From Eledone cirrhosa (Eukaryota), in NCBI GenBank assembly GCA_964016885.1, contig OZ024745.1, positions 76,260,001 to 76,324,000 of the forward strand: a stretch of DNA of 64,000 nucleotides, read 5' to 3'. Under the pieces are notes generated by a model. That model saw only the letters and a list, made by a program, of their open reading frames with translations, had not been told where the DNA came from and did no database searches. Positions 24,869 through 37,994 of the stretch are shown piece by piece. Both the position numbers and the translations under genes were made by a program. The stretch's first letter is position 1. Each line of letters starts with the position of its first letter.

Positions 24869-25660
24869 TTAACCCTTTAGTGTTCAATCTGGACGCAGAC
24901 ACCCACACTAAGATATCGTTCTAAAAATAAACAATAATATCAATCAAAATCTCATTGATTCAAAATTACTGTGAGATAAGACCTAATGGAAGTATAACAG
25001 ATTTTTTGTGTGTATCAACATGGCTTATGAAAGTAGCGATACCAACTGAAGGTTTTACATGCGATGACATTCAAAATGAAATAAAAGAGTGTCTGATTTA
25101 TTTTCAAATGAATCAGACATATATCTCTGAATTTTCATCCGACGATGATTGTTGTTTTGATAGTGAAAGCGAAAAAGATCTCCAGGACGCCATTGAAAAT
25201 TTTACAGTAACGTGGTTGAGAAACCACACCAATACATGTTCCTGATTTTATTGAAAATACTGGTCCAATCTATTATGACGACCAACATGCTGTGGAAATT
25301 TGAGTATTTTTTTCAACCAATTTAATGTTTGGTATAAAGCAATTTCCAAGATTGGAATTACTGGAGTGCTGATATAAGGTTTAGTGATCCTTATATATCA
25401 AATATGCCAAAAATAAGGTATTTGAAATTAAATCAATATTTGCACCTGGTCAATACTTCAGATGTTCCTGGTAGAAATAAAGCAAATTATCCTATAAAGT
25501 TCAACCATTAATTAATGTATTATCTGAAAACTTTTAAAGTATATATACCTGGAAAAAATCTGAAGCAATGATTGGGTGTAAAGGTAGGGTAAATTCAGAC
25601 AGTATATGTCAGCTAAACCCACCAAATGGGGCATCAAGGTTTGGAAACTGGCTGCATATG
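24869..25660 (+). mobile_element. piggyBac transposon remnant with transposase fragment
   Basis: Starts TTAA|CCCTTTAG; EAMIGCKGRVKFRQYMSAKPTKWGIKVWKLA matches the piggyBac DE.M..FKGR..QY...KP.KWG motif. Confidence 0.8.
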
Positions 25661-25989
25661 AAATGTGCAAAATGTTAATGGAGAAAAATTTTATTTTTGT
25701 ATGTTGGAAATATGAAACTGATTATAATTGTTTCTACTTTTGGCACAAGGTCAGCAAATACCCTAGTGCATTACTGGTACTTTTATCGACCCTGAAAGGA
25801 GAAGTTAACCTCGACAGGATTTGAACACATCATAAAGGGCTGTAACTCTATGCTGCAAAGTATGGTATCTGACCCTCTACCAATACTGAATGCAACATTA
25901 GTGCATTTCAATATAGTTGCTTACATCTACAAATGGTCGGCACACTGTAAGGTGGTTGTCATTAGGTGGGCATCTAGCCATAGAAAACT

Positions 25990-26720
25990 TAGCCAAAAAA
26001 TGGAGCATCAGTTTGAACATAAGAGCTGTTTGTTTGACAGTAATTGCAAGAAAACTGAAGACCAGTTAATGTTGAATTGGCAGTTTTCCAAATGTGCCAT
26101 TGTGGGTGTTGGAAAAAGGAGTTTCAAGGTGATTTTGTGCAAAGAAATGTCGGAAATATGACAGTTTGTCTGCATGAGGGTTACTTGAGGAATCATCATG
26201 TATTTATGGATGTCTTTGTGCTGGAAGGTGTTTGTAACAGAGAGCCCATTACTAGAACAGAAGTCCAATCAGGCCTCTCCATTTATATTTAGATCAGGAT
26301 TGCCCTTCCAACAGATGCATTGAAGTCACCCATTAGGATCTTAACTACATCTAATGTTGCAGTGACTTCAAGGAAGGGTCTGTATTCAGACTCCCTGTTT
26401 GGCACATAAAGCATCCACAGACTTTTCTTTCAGCCTAAGCTTCCTGAGGCAAATATTCCCTACCAATGGAATCCACTTCATAACACATTTGATAGCTAGG
26501 GGCCTGTGAGTGTCCCCACTTCTGCCTGTACCATCTTCTCTGTCACTCCACCTGAATAGTGGAGTTTCCATCCTCCATCCAAAACTACAGTAACAGAGCC
26601 ATGGAACTTTGTTGAGGAAGCTCCAACTATAGCCAGTAGCATCTGTCCTCCACTAGTTCCTACTCCATACCCATAAGGGTTATAATGTTCCAGTTACCAA
26701 TTGTCAAGATTTGCACCCCT
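25990..26720 (-). mobile_element. APE endonuclease half of the RTE-like LINE at 22690-24440
   Basis: ILMGDFNASVG and DFCSSNGLSVTNTFQHKDIHKY on -; same strand and collinear with the RT half. Confidence 0.7.
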
Positions 26721-28862
26721 TTGGGAGAACTAGCAAACTGAAAAATTAATACATAAAGAAATTACATACAAAATGCTCTTAATATTGCCTGAACATATCT
26801 TAAATAATATAAGTGGAGGCACCTCAAGAAAATTAAGCAAGTGAGGTTATATTGAAAATATATGAACGTTTGGTATTGATTTGTATACTTCTATAACAAA
26901 AACTTTAGCCCTTGCAAGTAAATCTGACATAAATATTATGCATTGTAGAAAATCTCTGCTGTTTTTTGATAACTCAAAGCATATATGGCCATGAGTTAGA
27001 TTTAGGGAAGATACATAGCTATGACCATGAGTTAGATTTAGGGAAGATATACAGCTATTTAGTGATACAGGTTTAAAAATTTCAGTGGACACTAATCTTA
27101 GAATCAATTTTTTAAAAATCCCTTTCAATTTTGAGATAAATAGATTTAGTCCCTTTAGAATGAAAGATTATTGTTTGTAAGTCAACAAGCATTTCAATCA
27201 AGCACTGAATATTTTTTGGAATTTGATTTCAAATGTAAGCAAATGTATCTCTTCACTATCTGCAGATGAAGCTATATTCAACAGCAGTTTCACAGATAGA
27301 TTCCAATATAAATGCTAAGACCTCGGCTAATGAATTTCTTAATTTAGCATTTTTTCATGACCTATGGCTCAAAGCTATCATGAGATCTTCAACAGGGACA
27401 GGCTCTTTATTAACTATTTTGATTCAAAAAGACTCTTTAATATCAATAATTGTTTCTACTATTGCACAAGGCCAGCAATTACCCAGTACATTACTGGTAC
27501 TTTATTTTATCGACCCTGTAAGGATGAAAGGCAAAGTTAACCTCGGCGGGATTTGAACTCAGAATGGCAAGTGCCATAACTCTATGCGTCAAAGCATGGT
27601 GTACGACCTTCTACCGATACTGCCAATTCACCGCCCTCTTTAATATCAATAATAATGTTCAGATATGTACTTGTATGAATCCTAGCAACTTCCCTCTTGG
27701 TGAGTATTGCCTAACTAAAGGTAGCGTATTGCAGTGCTACAGTCCAGATTGTTGTAATTTCTTTGTATAGAACATACATAGAATTGACAAATAGATTTAA
27801 GATGCATTTTTACCAGCATAAGAATTTTAGATATTTAGTAAAAAAAAATGTCTTCTACAATCTTATCCCTGTAGGTATTTTTCAAAAGCAATACTAACTC
27901 CTTTCAAAATACACTGGTTCATCTTATAATATGCTAGCCCTTGAAAGAATAGTTTCCACCGAACCGATCATCTCTGCTTTGTAGATAAGCAAGTAACATT
28001 TTCATTTTATTTCAATATGAGAAAGCTTTGAAACAAAAAATTCCAAATTATTGTGTCTGTAATTTTGTATTTCCTGATGGCTGAAGTCTGTTGAAAGTTC
28101 CTATTGAAATATGGTGGTCATACTCAAGTCACCGTTCATAGCATACACACATTTCATGTTCTGTTTATTACTACGACACAAAATAGTTATATGACTGTAA
28201 CCATAAATGAACTGATATATTAGCATTTACATTATATATATTGTATTTTGATGGTAAACATGATATCAAATCTACAAGATTTTGATATTTATTTTGAAAA
28301 CAATACCTTAACATAAGTATGAGAAGCCAGTTATGGCTAGTTTAAATGCTAAAGGGTTAATGGCAGGATTTATATGTCTTTGTTTTGTATCTAATTGAAA
28401 CCAATATGAGTATGGTGAATGATAAGTGCTGTGGAGTAAGGTGTTTTAGTATACATGAATTTAGTAACATTTAAATATATGAAAATAGGAAAGAATTCAC
28501 TCCCAAAACTAACAATAAACACTGTTAATCCCTTACTTGCACACCTGCAATCTCTGGTCACACTGTATCAGGCACATCAATCTTCCCTTGCCTATACTCT
28601 ACACAACAGCCAAATCAACACCACAACACAACCATCCATTCTAGCATTAAGCCAGCTATATATATGTGTTTGCATGAATATGTGTGTGTTTATATCACTT
28701 GTGTGTGTGTGTGTATATATCACATGTGAGAGAATATGTGTGAATATATTTATACTTGTGTGAGTGTATGTGTGTTTCTGTGTTTATATTTATATACTCA
28801 TACATATAAATGTATACATCAGACTTGCCAAACTTTACAAAAAAGTGCTCGAAATGGGGAGA

Positions 28863-29652
28863 TTTTACATAATTGTTTCTACGTTAGGCACAAGGCCAGC
28901 AATTACTCAGTACATTACTGGTACTTTATTTTATCGACCCCGTAAGGATGAAAGGCAAAGTTAACCTCGGCGGGATTTGAACTCAGAATGGCAAGGGCCG
29001 TAACTCTATACGTCAAAGCATGGCGTCCGACCCTTTCCCAATACTGCCAATCCACCGCCCTTTTACATAATTGTTTCTACTTTAGGCACAAGGCCAGCAA
29101 TTACCCAGTGCATTACTGGTACTTTATTTTATCGACCCCGTAAGGATGAAAGGCAAAGTTAACCTCGGCGGGATTTGAACTCAGATCATAAAGGGACGTA
29201 ACTATGCTGGAAAGCATGGCGTCCAACCCTCTACCAATACTGCCAATCCACCACTTTTACATAATTGTTTCTACTTTTGGCACAAGGCCAGCAATTACCC
29301 AGTGCATTACTGATACTTTATTTTATCAACCCCGTAAGGATGAAAGGCAAAGTTAACCTCGGCGGGATTTGAACTCAGAATGGCAAGGGCCGTAACTCTA
29401 TACGTCAAAGCATGGCGTCCAACCCTCTACTGATACTGCCAACTTTTACATAATTGTTTCTACGTTAGGCACAAGGCCAGCAATTACCCAGTGCATTACT
29501 GGTACTTTATTTTATCGACCCCGTAAGGATGAAAGGCAAAGTCAACCTCGGCGGGATTTGAACTCAGATCGTAAAGGGACGTAACTATGCTGGAAAGCAT
29601 GGCGTCCGACCCTCTACCGATACTGCCAATCCACCGCCAACTTTTACATAAT
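28863..29652 (-). repeat. Head-to-tail array of four young family-1 SINEs
   Basis: Units ~28871-29060, ~29069-29253, ~29262-29441, ~29452-29638, each bounded by TTTTACATAAT. Confidence 0.95.
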
Positions 29653-29951
29653 GAAAGCTATACACATTTTCTGTGTATAGCTCTCACCAAAGTGGGTGGG
29701 ATATTTCCTCATGGGACGGCGGAGGGGGTCAGGTCTGGTATACATATACACACCAACATATATTTGGTTATCTATGTTATTTGTGGATAGTTAATCCATA
29801 TTTATCCATAAAAAAGTTTGTTATAAAAAAATTATTAAACTAAAAACTTCGCTTTGTACAACTATATATAAAATACTACAATTAGCTGTCATTTTTGACG
29901 ACTCAAACCAACTTATGCATTACAATAATATTAAATGCAAAAACTATAATG

Positions 29952-30024
29952 CGAGCTCACCAGGATTCGAACCTGGAATCTTCTGATCCGTAGTCAGACG
30001 CGTTATCCATTGCGCCACGAGCCC
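29952..30024 (-). tRNA. tRNA-Arg(ACG)
   Basis: GGGCTCGTGGCGCAATGGATAACGCGTCTGACTACGGATCAGAAGATTCCAGGTTCGAATCCTGGTGAGCTCG; 73 nt, full cloverleaf, anticodon loop CTACGGA, T5 Pol III terminator at 29939-29943. Confidence 0.97.
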
Positions 30025-30410
30025 AGTTGATTTTCATTTTCGAAATAAGGATATATATTATTTAATAATTCCTAGACGTTCTTTGAGAATTAATATTTAT
30101 TATTTTAATAATATCTAATATTTGTATATGTGATATTGTAGTAAAATTGCATGGAATAATGCGATTTATTTAACTGTCAGTTTGACTATGAACTTAAACC
30201 GTTAACTTTCGAACTTGTCATTAAAATTCTGCTACACTTTCTGTATTTTAAGTTATTTTAGAGTTAATGTGATGATTTCATATTTATCAAACTTGTTTTT
30301 TATTGCCCTAAATAATAATAATTATTATCTCTCAGTAGAAAGAAGACAATAACATTATATAAAAAAAAACAATTGTTTATTCATTAAGAACCTTTACTTG
30401 TCTGTCACCG

Positions 30411-30418
30411 CCGGAAGT
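30411..30418 (+). promoter_or_regulatory. ETS/GABP-type motif upstream of YJU2
   Basis: CCGGAAGT about 60 bp upstream of the ATG; common in housekeeping promoters. Confidence 0.5.
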
Positions 30419-30476
30419 ATTTCATAGCTATCATTACTTTTAGTTGTTTTGGTGTGCCTTCAAAGAACATTTAACA

Positions 30477-30500
30477 ATGTCTGAGAGAAAAGTTTTAAAC
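30477..30500 (+). CDS. YJU2: Splicing factor YJU2/CCDC94 exon 1
   Basis: ATG TCT GAG AGA AAA GTT TTA AAC|GTAAGT = MSERKVLN. Confidence 0.95.
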
Positions 30501-32376
30501 GTAAGTTAGGTATTAATATATATGATTGACTTGTCTGTTTCAAGTAATTGTGTTAGTATTATATTGATTAAAAAGAAAAATTCACATACTCTATCCTTTT
30601 ATTTCACGCGTTAGATATATTGTTTTAAATACACGAATCACATTTCCTTTCCTTTCAAACGACCTGATTAAAAAATATTGAGAAAAAGAATCCGAAGATA
30701 TAATTATTTCGAATAGAGATATAAATTACTAATATTTAATTTATCCATCGAAATTGTCTTATTTACATCGAACATTGGTGTAATTAGTATCACACGCATG
30801 CATACATTTAATTTAATTATTTCACTGGTTTGCTATCTGAAAGAGTTTTGTTGATCATATCGACTCCCAGTATATATTTATGTCTGGTACATATTTTATC
30901 GATCTCTATTTCTTGAAATGCTAAGTTATGAGACATAAACAGACCATCATAAATACAGTTTCTGGCTATCAAACTCCACTTACACGGTATAGGTCAACCT
31001 GTATAAACAAAACAAAAACAAAAGCTTGTCTAAGGTACCCCAGAAGGGACTCGAATCCCCATCATTGAGGGACAGATTTCTTAAACACACAGTCATATTC
31101 TTATTTATATTATTTTATTTCCCAGTAGGGGAGTGAAAATGATCCAGAATAGAATTCCAGACTGGGTTTTGCAGCCCGATGGCTAAGCTTCATCTGCAGA
31201 TGAAGGAAATATTTCAGCCTGATCGGGGGCTGTCTATCTATAAAACATAAGTGAAAGCCACATTAGTACAGCTCAGATTAACTATAGTCATTCCGGTGAA
31301 ATTCAACATGGGTCCGTCCCGGAGGTCTTTAGATTTTCTTCAGATTTTTACCATCTATTGGTATCTATGAAAGAAGTAATTCCTGAAAATTTCAGTTCCA
31401 TAGCGCTTATCTGGCAATTTCCGAAATTTTGAAAATATTGCAGTATGGCTTGGAAACCTGACAGAACAATTGAATTCAATAACCCAAAAGCCTGATTTTT
31501 TGTGCATCAAGGGGGTAAAAAAATGGAAAAAGTGTAAAACTACACAGCTTTGTTGAATTTTTGAATGATAACTGCTTATCTTAAAGAAACCATATAAAAC
31601 TACATATTCTGAAAGTGCACCCCAAACATAGAGCCCATCACCCTCTCCCCATCCCTTTCTTCTGTGGCTCCATCGTCCTTGCTTTTTTTCTCCTTTTCCT
31701 TTCATTTATGGCATTTATAGCCCTTTTTCTTTCCTATACAGTCAGATTTGCTCTTTTTTACTGCCCCCTCTGTTTGTTACTTGGTTTCGTTTTTATTCTT
31801 TTTTCTTCCTATTTCCACCAATATTTGCAATGTTATTTATACAACTGTGTATAATAAACAAAGACAATTATACAAACATATGTCTTTGATTGGCAAATAC
31901 TGCAACTATGAGATGTTTCTTAACAATCTTTTTTACCTCTACTACAAGTTCTGCTCCCCTGAGCCTGAAGGCTTTGTATCACATTTACTCAAGTCCACAG
32001 TTTAACTCACTTATTCCTGCTATGCATTGCTCCTGCTACAGCTCCCCTTGTATTAGTAACTTCCTATCCACAACTATATATGAAGGCAAGTGGTTTAATG
32101 GATAAGGTGTTGGACTTATGTAATGTGGGCTCAATATCTGGACTGGGTGGCATGTGTTCTTGAGCAAAACTCTTAATTTCACATTGCTCCTGTCAACTGA
32201 GCAGAAAATAAGTACCAGTGACAGCTGGGAGTTAACATAGTGATGGATTGGCATCCTATCCAGTTGTGAGTTTTTACTCAATCACTTAATGCTCTCTGTC
32301 AACATTTGAATATACCTAATGTACCTATGGTCAAAGGCATTCTAGTTATGATCATTCCATTTTTTGTCAGACAGTG

Positions 32377-33452
32377 CATCATCATCAGCATCATTTTACG
32401 TCCGCTTTTCCCTGATTGCAAGGGTGGGATGGGTCCTATTCAGCACAGCATCTCTCCACTTGTCACAGTCCTTCGTCATCTCCACTGTGAGCTTCAGCGA
32501 TCTGAGGTCTGCTCTCACCACCTCTGCCCTGTTTTTCGTGGTCTTCCTCTACCTCGTCTTCCTTCAACTGGCATTTCTTGGCACTTCTTCACCCATCGGT
32601 CATCCTCCATGCGCATCACATGTCCATACCATCGCAGTCTCCTCTCCCGCACACTACAATTTATCGCTCTCAGAGACAGTTGTTCTCTCAACACATCCAT
32701 GCTGGGTCGTTCACGCACATTGACATTGCACATCCAACGGAGCATGCTTGTCTCATTTCTCTCCAGTCGTCGCATATCCTCTGCAGTTGCTGCCCATGTC
32801 TCACTACCATACAGCATCGCACACCTCACACAGGCATCATATAACCGGTCTTTCATACGCAGGGAGAAACCCTTCTTCGTCAGCAGAGGAAGCAACTCCC
32901 TAAACTTCTTCCAACTCGTCCTTATTCTAGATACTATGACCTCGGAACACTCCCCTCCCATGCTAATCTGATCACCTAGGTATCAGAAGCTATCAACCAC
33001 TTCTATAGCACCCACCTGCATTTGAAAAATGTGTCTATCAATGCGACTTCTACTGTCAAATTTCCCTGTACATATACTGCATACATATTTCTCCCTACCT
33101 GTTAGTTTGCCTGCTATTTCACTACATCTCTTGTGTACCCAAGATCTGCATTGTGTGCATTTTATAGAATTTATGCCAGTTCCTTTTCTGCATATCGAAC
33201 ATGGCCATTTCCCTGACGGAATCAGAGTTTTGTCCTCTTTTCTACTCATCAATACTTTTGTCTTAGCTAGGTTCACTCTCAGTCCTCTTGATTCCAACTG
33301 CTGTTTCCATAGCCAGAATTTATTCTCTAGCTCCTCTACTGATTCTGCTATAAGAACCAGATCGTCAGCATAGCGAAGTTCCCATGGACAGCCAGTCTTA
33401 AACTCCTCAGTTATGGCTTGGAGGACTATAATGAACAAGAGTGGGCTGAGAT
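32377..33452 (-). mobile_element. RTE LINE, 5'-truncated and young, closely similar to 2478-3532; in YJU2 intron 1
   Basis: ORFs 32983-33438 and 32515-32961: LFIIVLQA...YADDLV...RLRWYGHVMRM...GRGRPRKT. Confidence 0.9.
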
Positions 33453-33677
33453 CATATTATTCAAGCTGACTGTCATTTGCTATTTATAGCTTATAACCTC
33501 ACTAATCTGCAATGACCTGCAAAGGTCATGGTTGTTGCTTCTCTTCTGACTAAAAAAGAATTAAAGATCTATTTCATATTAATATTCTTACTTGAAATCT
33601 CTTTGAGGTTGACTTTTCTTTATACAAGTAATAATTGCAGCATTTAAAACAATTGCCATTTTCGGTTTATATTTCAG

Positions 33678-33778
33678 AAATACTATCCACCGGATTTTGA
33701 TCCATCAAAAATCCCAAAGTTACGGTTGCCTAGAAATAGGCAATACAGCATTCGTATAATGGCACCCTTCAATATGAG
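33678..33778 (+). CDS. YJU2: YJU2 exon 2
   Basis: AG|[33 protein letters not shown](R)|GT. Confidence 0.97.
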
Positions 33779-33902
33779 GTAAATATCTTATTAAATAAAA
33801 ATGAAAGATGAGCAGATGCAGAAGAAAGAAATATTTAAGGAGAAACATGTTTTCATAAAAAGTTTGCTGTAGTATTGCAAAAATATTAGTGATTTTAATA
33901 TA

Positions 33903-34121
33903 TTAACCTTTGTGATGCCAACCTGACCAAAACTGCCTCTGGTTTTCGAAAACAAAATCACCCATTTTAAAAAGTTCCTGTTTAAATTAAAACCATCCAA
34001 CATTATTTAATATAAGAACTTTTTATTAAGTTAAAAACATCATCTAGATAAGGAAATAATAATTTTGGTAAATCCTTCTCAACACTTTATTAATTAATAC
34101 ATGTGGTAATGAAAGGGTTAA
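33903..34121. mobile_element. Second TTAA-flanked (piggyBac-type) MITE family
   Basis: TTAA|CCTTTGTGATGCC ... GGTAATGAAAGGG|TTAA. Confidence 0.55.
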
Positions 34122-35276
34122 AGTATTCTAAAGTAAAGTAGATGTTTATAACTGCTAAAAATCCATATTTAACAATGGACCACACATAAACTGAAAGAAA
34201 AATATGGGCCCCTGAGAATGGATATGTTAGGTGTTTGCAGGATTTTCTTTTTATTGTTTTGGGTTGGATAAGAGATTGTGCTCATGGCTTTAATATGTCT
34301 TTCGAGACTGATGAGATTGAACTAATTAATATTTCCCTTAACCCTTTAGCATTTAAACCATTTAAACTCTTTCTGTTCAAACCAGCCATAACTGGCCACT
34401 CACATTGATGTTAAGGTATTGTTTTCAAAATAAATAACATCAAAATCTCATAGATTCGATATTATGTGAGATAATTATGTAAAATAAAGCCTTGACTGCG
34501 AAAATACAATAGAGCAGAGATCATTGTAGTTGCAATAAAAAGGCAAAGTAAAGAGATAGCACATATGTTCCAGAGGTTGGAGTTTGTTCTTAATCTTTAG
34601 CATGTTGTCATAATGCACGATTGAGTAATCTCCCCTTAATAAATAATGCAGTGTCAAGGGAAGCAACTCATAAAAATTACTAGCACTAAAGATTAAGTAT
34701 TCCAAGTAGAAGGAAAATGAAGACATGAGAAGAAATAAAATTTGATTTCAAGATGCTAGATCTCATGTGAGAGATGATATTGGACAACAGGAGAGACACT
34801 TTACTTGAGAAGAGCTATCTAATCTATACTGGAATGGAGAAACATAGAATGATGATGATGAAGGATGTCCAAAAGTGTATCAAAGATTTGTGCATAATAC
34901 TTCATCTCATCATAAATATTAATTTTAGAAATAAATCTTGGATGATAGACTCTGGATTAATGTTAGCTAAAAAAATAGATAAATTTTCATATTATGGTTA
35001 CATGAAGATAGATTATGGGGACTGTTGGAGTTATTGATGTGTGTTGGTGTCAGTTTTAACTGAAAGAACAACTTACAATTCTGTTGATATTATACTAATG
35101 ATATTGACCAAAATCATGATAAATTGGAGAAGCAATCCATTTATCGGAAAGAGATTCATTATTGTCATTCTTGGAAGCATTTAATGTTTGCTGGATGCTT
35201 GACTATTTTGTGTTTTCTTTTTAACTAATATTTAATTGTATTATTTCATGGCTTGTTCTATATTTCATTTTCCTAG

Positions 35277-35421
35277 ATGTAATACTTGCGGTGAATATGT
35301 TTACAAGGGAAAGAAATTTAATTCTCGTAAAGAGACTGTAGAAAATGAAGATTACTTAGGCTTAAAGATTTTTCGATTCTATATCAAGTGTCCTCGTTGT
35401 GTTTCTGAGATTGCTTTCAAG
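35277..35421 (+). CDS. YJU2: YJU2 exon 3 (Zn-binding CxxC...CxxC)
   Basis: AG|[48 protein letters not shown]|GT. Confidence 0.97.
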
Positions 35422-36905
35422 GTAAGGATTTTGGAAGAAAGACCTGCTTTCTTTTCACCTTAAAATATTTTAATTTAATCATGTGATTTCATATAAATAA
35501 CCTGAGGGTATCGATTGATATCTAATGAAGAACTGCAATATTTGGTTGAATTAGGTATGTGTCAGCTTCCTGGCAAAAGATTTGTAAGTTTATATCTTGG
35601 CACTAGGATTGCGTTGTGTCTCAAGTAATGTACTAAATTTTCCATTTGTTGGCAGTAATGTACTAAATTTTCCATTTGTTGGCACTAGGATTGTGTTGTG
35701 TCTCAAGCAATGCACTAAATTTTCTATTTGTTAGAGACTAAGTAAAATCATAAAGATTATTATTTCAAGCACCAGAATTATTGGCAGCTAGGGTTGTTGA
35801 TGATGATTGGAAGTAGTTTTGTGTATGACTGAAGACTTGACTACAGGTCATCAAGGCATATCTCTGTCTGATTATTGATTCAATTACCTCGCTCTGATCG
35901 ATCAACAAGATCCCAGACCTCATTCGCTTGTCAAGTGGGGTGGACCTTGTCAAATCAGACCAAGGAAACAATGTTTCCATTGGTCTTTCTATTGCTGTTA
36001 CTATCTACTGGTCGCAACTTTTGGCAGAAGGAGCACAACGCATCACACGGTCCGAGAATTGAACTCACAACCTCACGATTGCGAAAGCCACATGCCTTCA
36101 CTTCATTTACCTAATTGTTGATAACATGTTGTGTATCTGACAATAGCCAGTAATGGATGTCAGTGGGTAATAGTTATTTGAAATGCTGACAACCATCAAG
36201 ATAAATAGCTAAACTGGTACAGCAAGATACATAATGAGTTCTACTTTAAGCACAAGGTCAGCAGTTTGGGGGGAGGGGAAAGTCGATTAAATAGACCCCA
36301 GTGCATTACTGGTACTTTATTTTATTGACCCCATAAGGATGAAAGACAAAGCTAACCTCGGTGGGATTTGAACTCTGAACATAAAGGGTCGTAACTCTAT
36401 GCCACGAAGCATGTTGTCCGACACTCTACCGATTCTGCCAATCCACCTCCAAAATGTATAATGCTCTGATAAAATCACTAGGCTGGGAAGTGAAAGGTGT
36501 GATATTACATATTCAACATAAATACCCAGACAAATAGAGTGATGGAGTTATATTCCAGAAATTAGATGATACTGTAGCCATTGTTTATTAATATTGTCTT
36601 GTAGCAAATAGGTAATCAATGTATTATCAATACCTTAAATTGGTAATGAGTCAAATTTAAGGATTGAATTAATTATTTACAAGTAACTGAATAAAATTAA
36701 ATTTTATTAATCAGCTAGAACATTAAAAAAATTGAAAATACTTAAATTTTTCAATTAAATTTCAAGTTAAGCTATAAAAAACTTTTGAATAGCATGATTA
36801 GCAACAGTTGATAAATATTGAATATAGTCTGATAAGCTCATTTTTTGATGATTTAGTAATTATTCAAACATTATTTTTCATGTAAAATTTCTGTCCTATC
36901 TTTAG

Positions 36906-37040
36906 ACTGATTTGAAAAACACTGATTATACCTTGGAAGCTGGAGCGACAAGAAATTTTGAAGCTGCCAAATTGGCTGAACAAATGGAGGAACGATCTCG
37001 TAAAGAAAAAGAGGAAGAGGAAATGAATAACCCTATGAAG
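36906..37040 (+). CDS. YJU2: YJU2 exon 4
   Basis: AG|[45 protein letters not shown]|GT. Confidence 0.95.
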
Positions 37041-37702
37041 GTTAGTTGTATTATCATTTCACAAATTTATGTTCTTGGGAGCTTGCTATTTATATGAGAA
37101 CACCACATGAACTCTTAGCTCTGTAAGCTAAGGGTCCATGTTGTATTTAACCCTCTAGCATTTAAACTGGCTGTATCCGGCCAGAATTCTTTCACCTCTT
37201 TCTGTTCAAACCAGCCATAACTTACTATTCATACTGATGTTAAGGTATTGTTCTCAAAATAAATAATATCAAAATCTCATAGATTCAATATTATGTGAGG
37301 TAAAGCCTTTACTGCGAACATATAATAGTAAATATAGAGTAATGTAAATGCTAAAGGGTTAAGTTTACTGATAAATAAGTTCTTTATATTTAAAAAAAAA
37401 GTTATAGTTTCTGTATAGAAATTATATTTTGAAGAATGTTGCTGATAGCTAAATTAAATTCAAAGCCTCCCTCCACATGCTGCATACCTTTGTCATCTCC
37501 TCTGATTTTCAGCATTTTGAGATCAGCTCTCATTGCTTTATCCCAGGTTTTCCTTGGCTTTCCTCTATCGCAGCTTCTTTCCACTGGGAGTTGAACTTTA
37601 CAAACAAGCACAGTATTGTATCTTGCACATGAGTAGAAAGTTGTATCAAATGTCTTTGATTTATTCTGTTTTAAGTAGAATTTCTTAAAACTTGTATCTC
37701 AG

Positions 37703-37884
37703 GTACTGGAAAACAGAACAAAAGCCAGTAGACAAGAAATGGAACAAATTGATGCTTTAGAAGAACTGAGAGACTTGAATAACCGACATGCTTCCGTTGA
37801 CCATGAAACCATGTTGAAGTTGCACTCTGCTTATGAAGTGCAATTATCTAAACTACAAGATGAAGAGGATGAAAAACTTGTAAA
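37703..37884 (+). CDS. YJU2: YJU2 exon 5
   Basis: AG|VLENRTKASRQEMEQIDALEELRDLNNRHASVDHETML...EEDEKLV(K)|GT. Confidence 0.95.
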
Positions 37885-37994
37885 GTAATGTTTATGTTAC
37901 CTATTTTATATTGGTCTCATTGCAAATTACTATTTATTGATATTACTAGTAGGGTGTTATTGATATAAATAAATGTTTGAATATCAATATATAT

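Noticed and set aside
28863-29652. Regular repeat-spacer pattern resembling a CRISPR array
   Set aside because: Units are ~190-bp SINEs with Pol III boxes, the spacers are not unique, there are no cas genes and the context is eukaryotic
31126-31620. Possible C/D snoRNA or exon in YJU2 intron 1, including palindrome CTTCATCTGCAGATGAAG
   Set aside because: No canonical C box with terminal stem, no needed exon and no clear TIR pair; probably a TE remnant
35617-35732. Short local tandem duplications (also 26988-27058 and 40015-40115)
   Set aside because: Ordinary slippage duplications with no further signal
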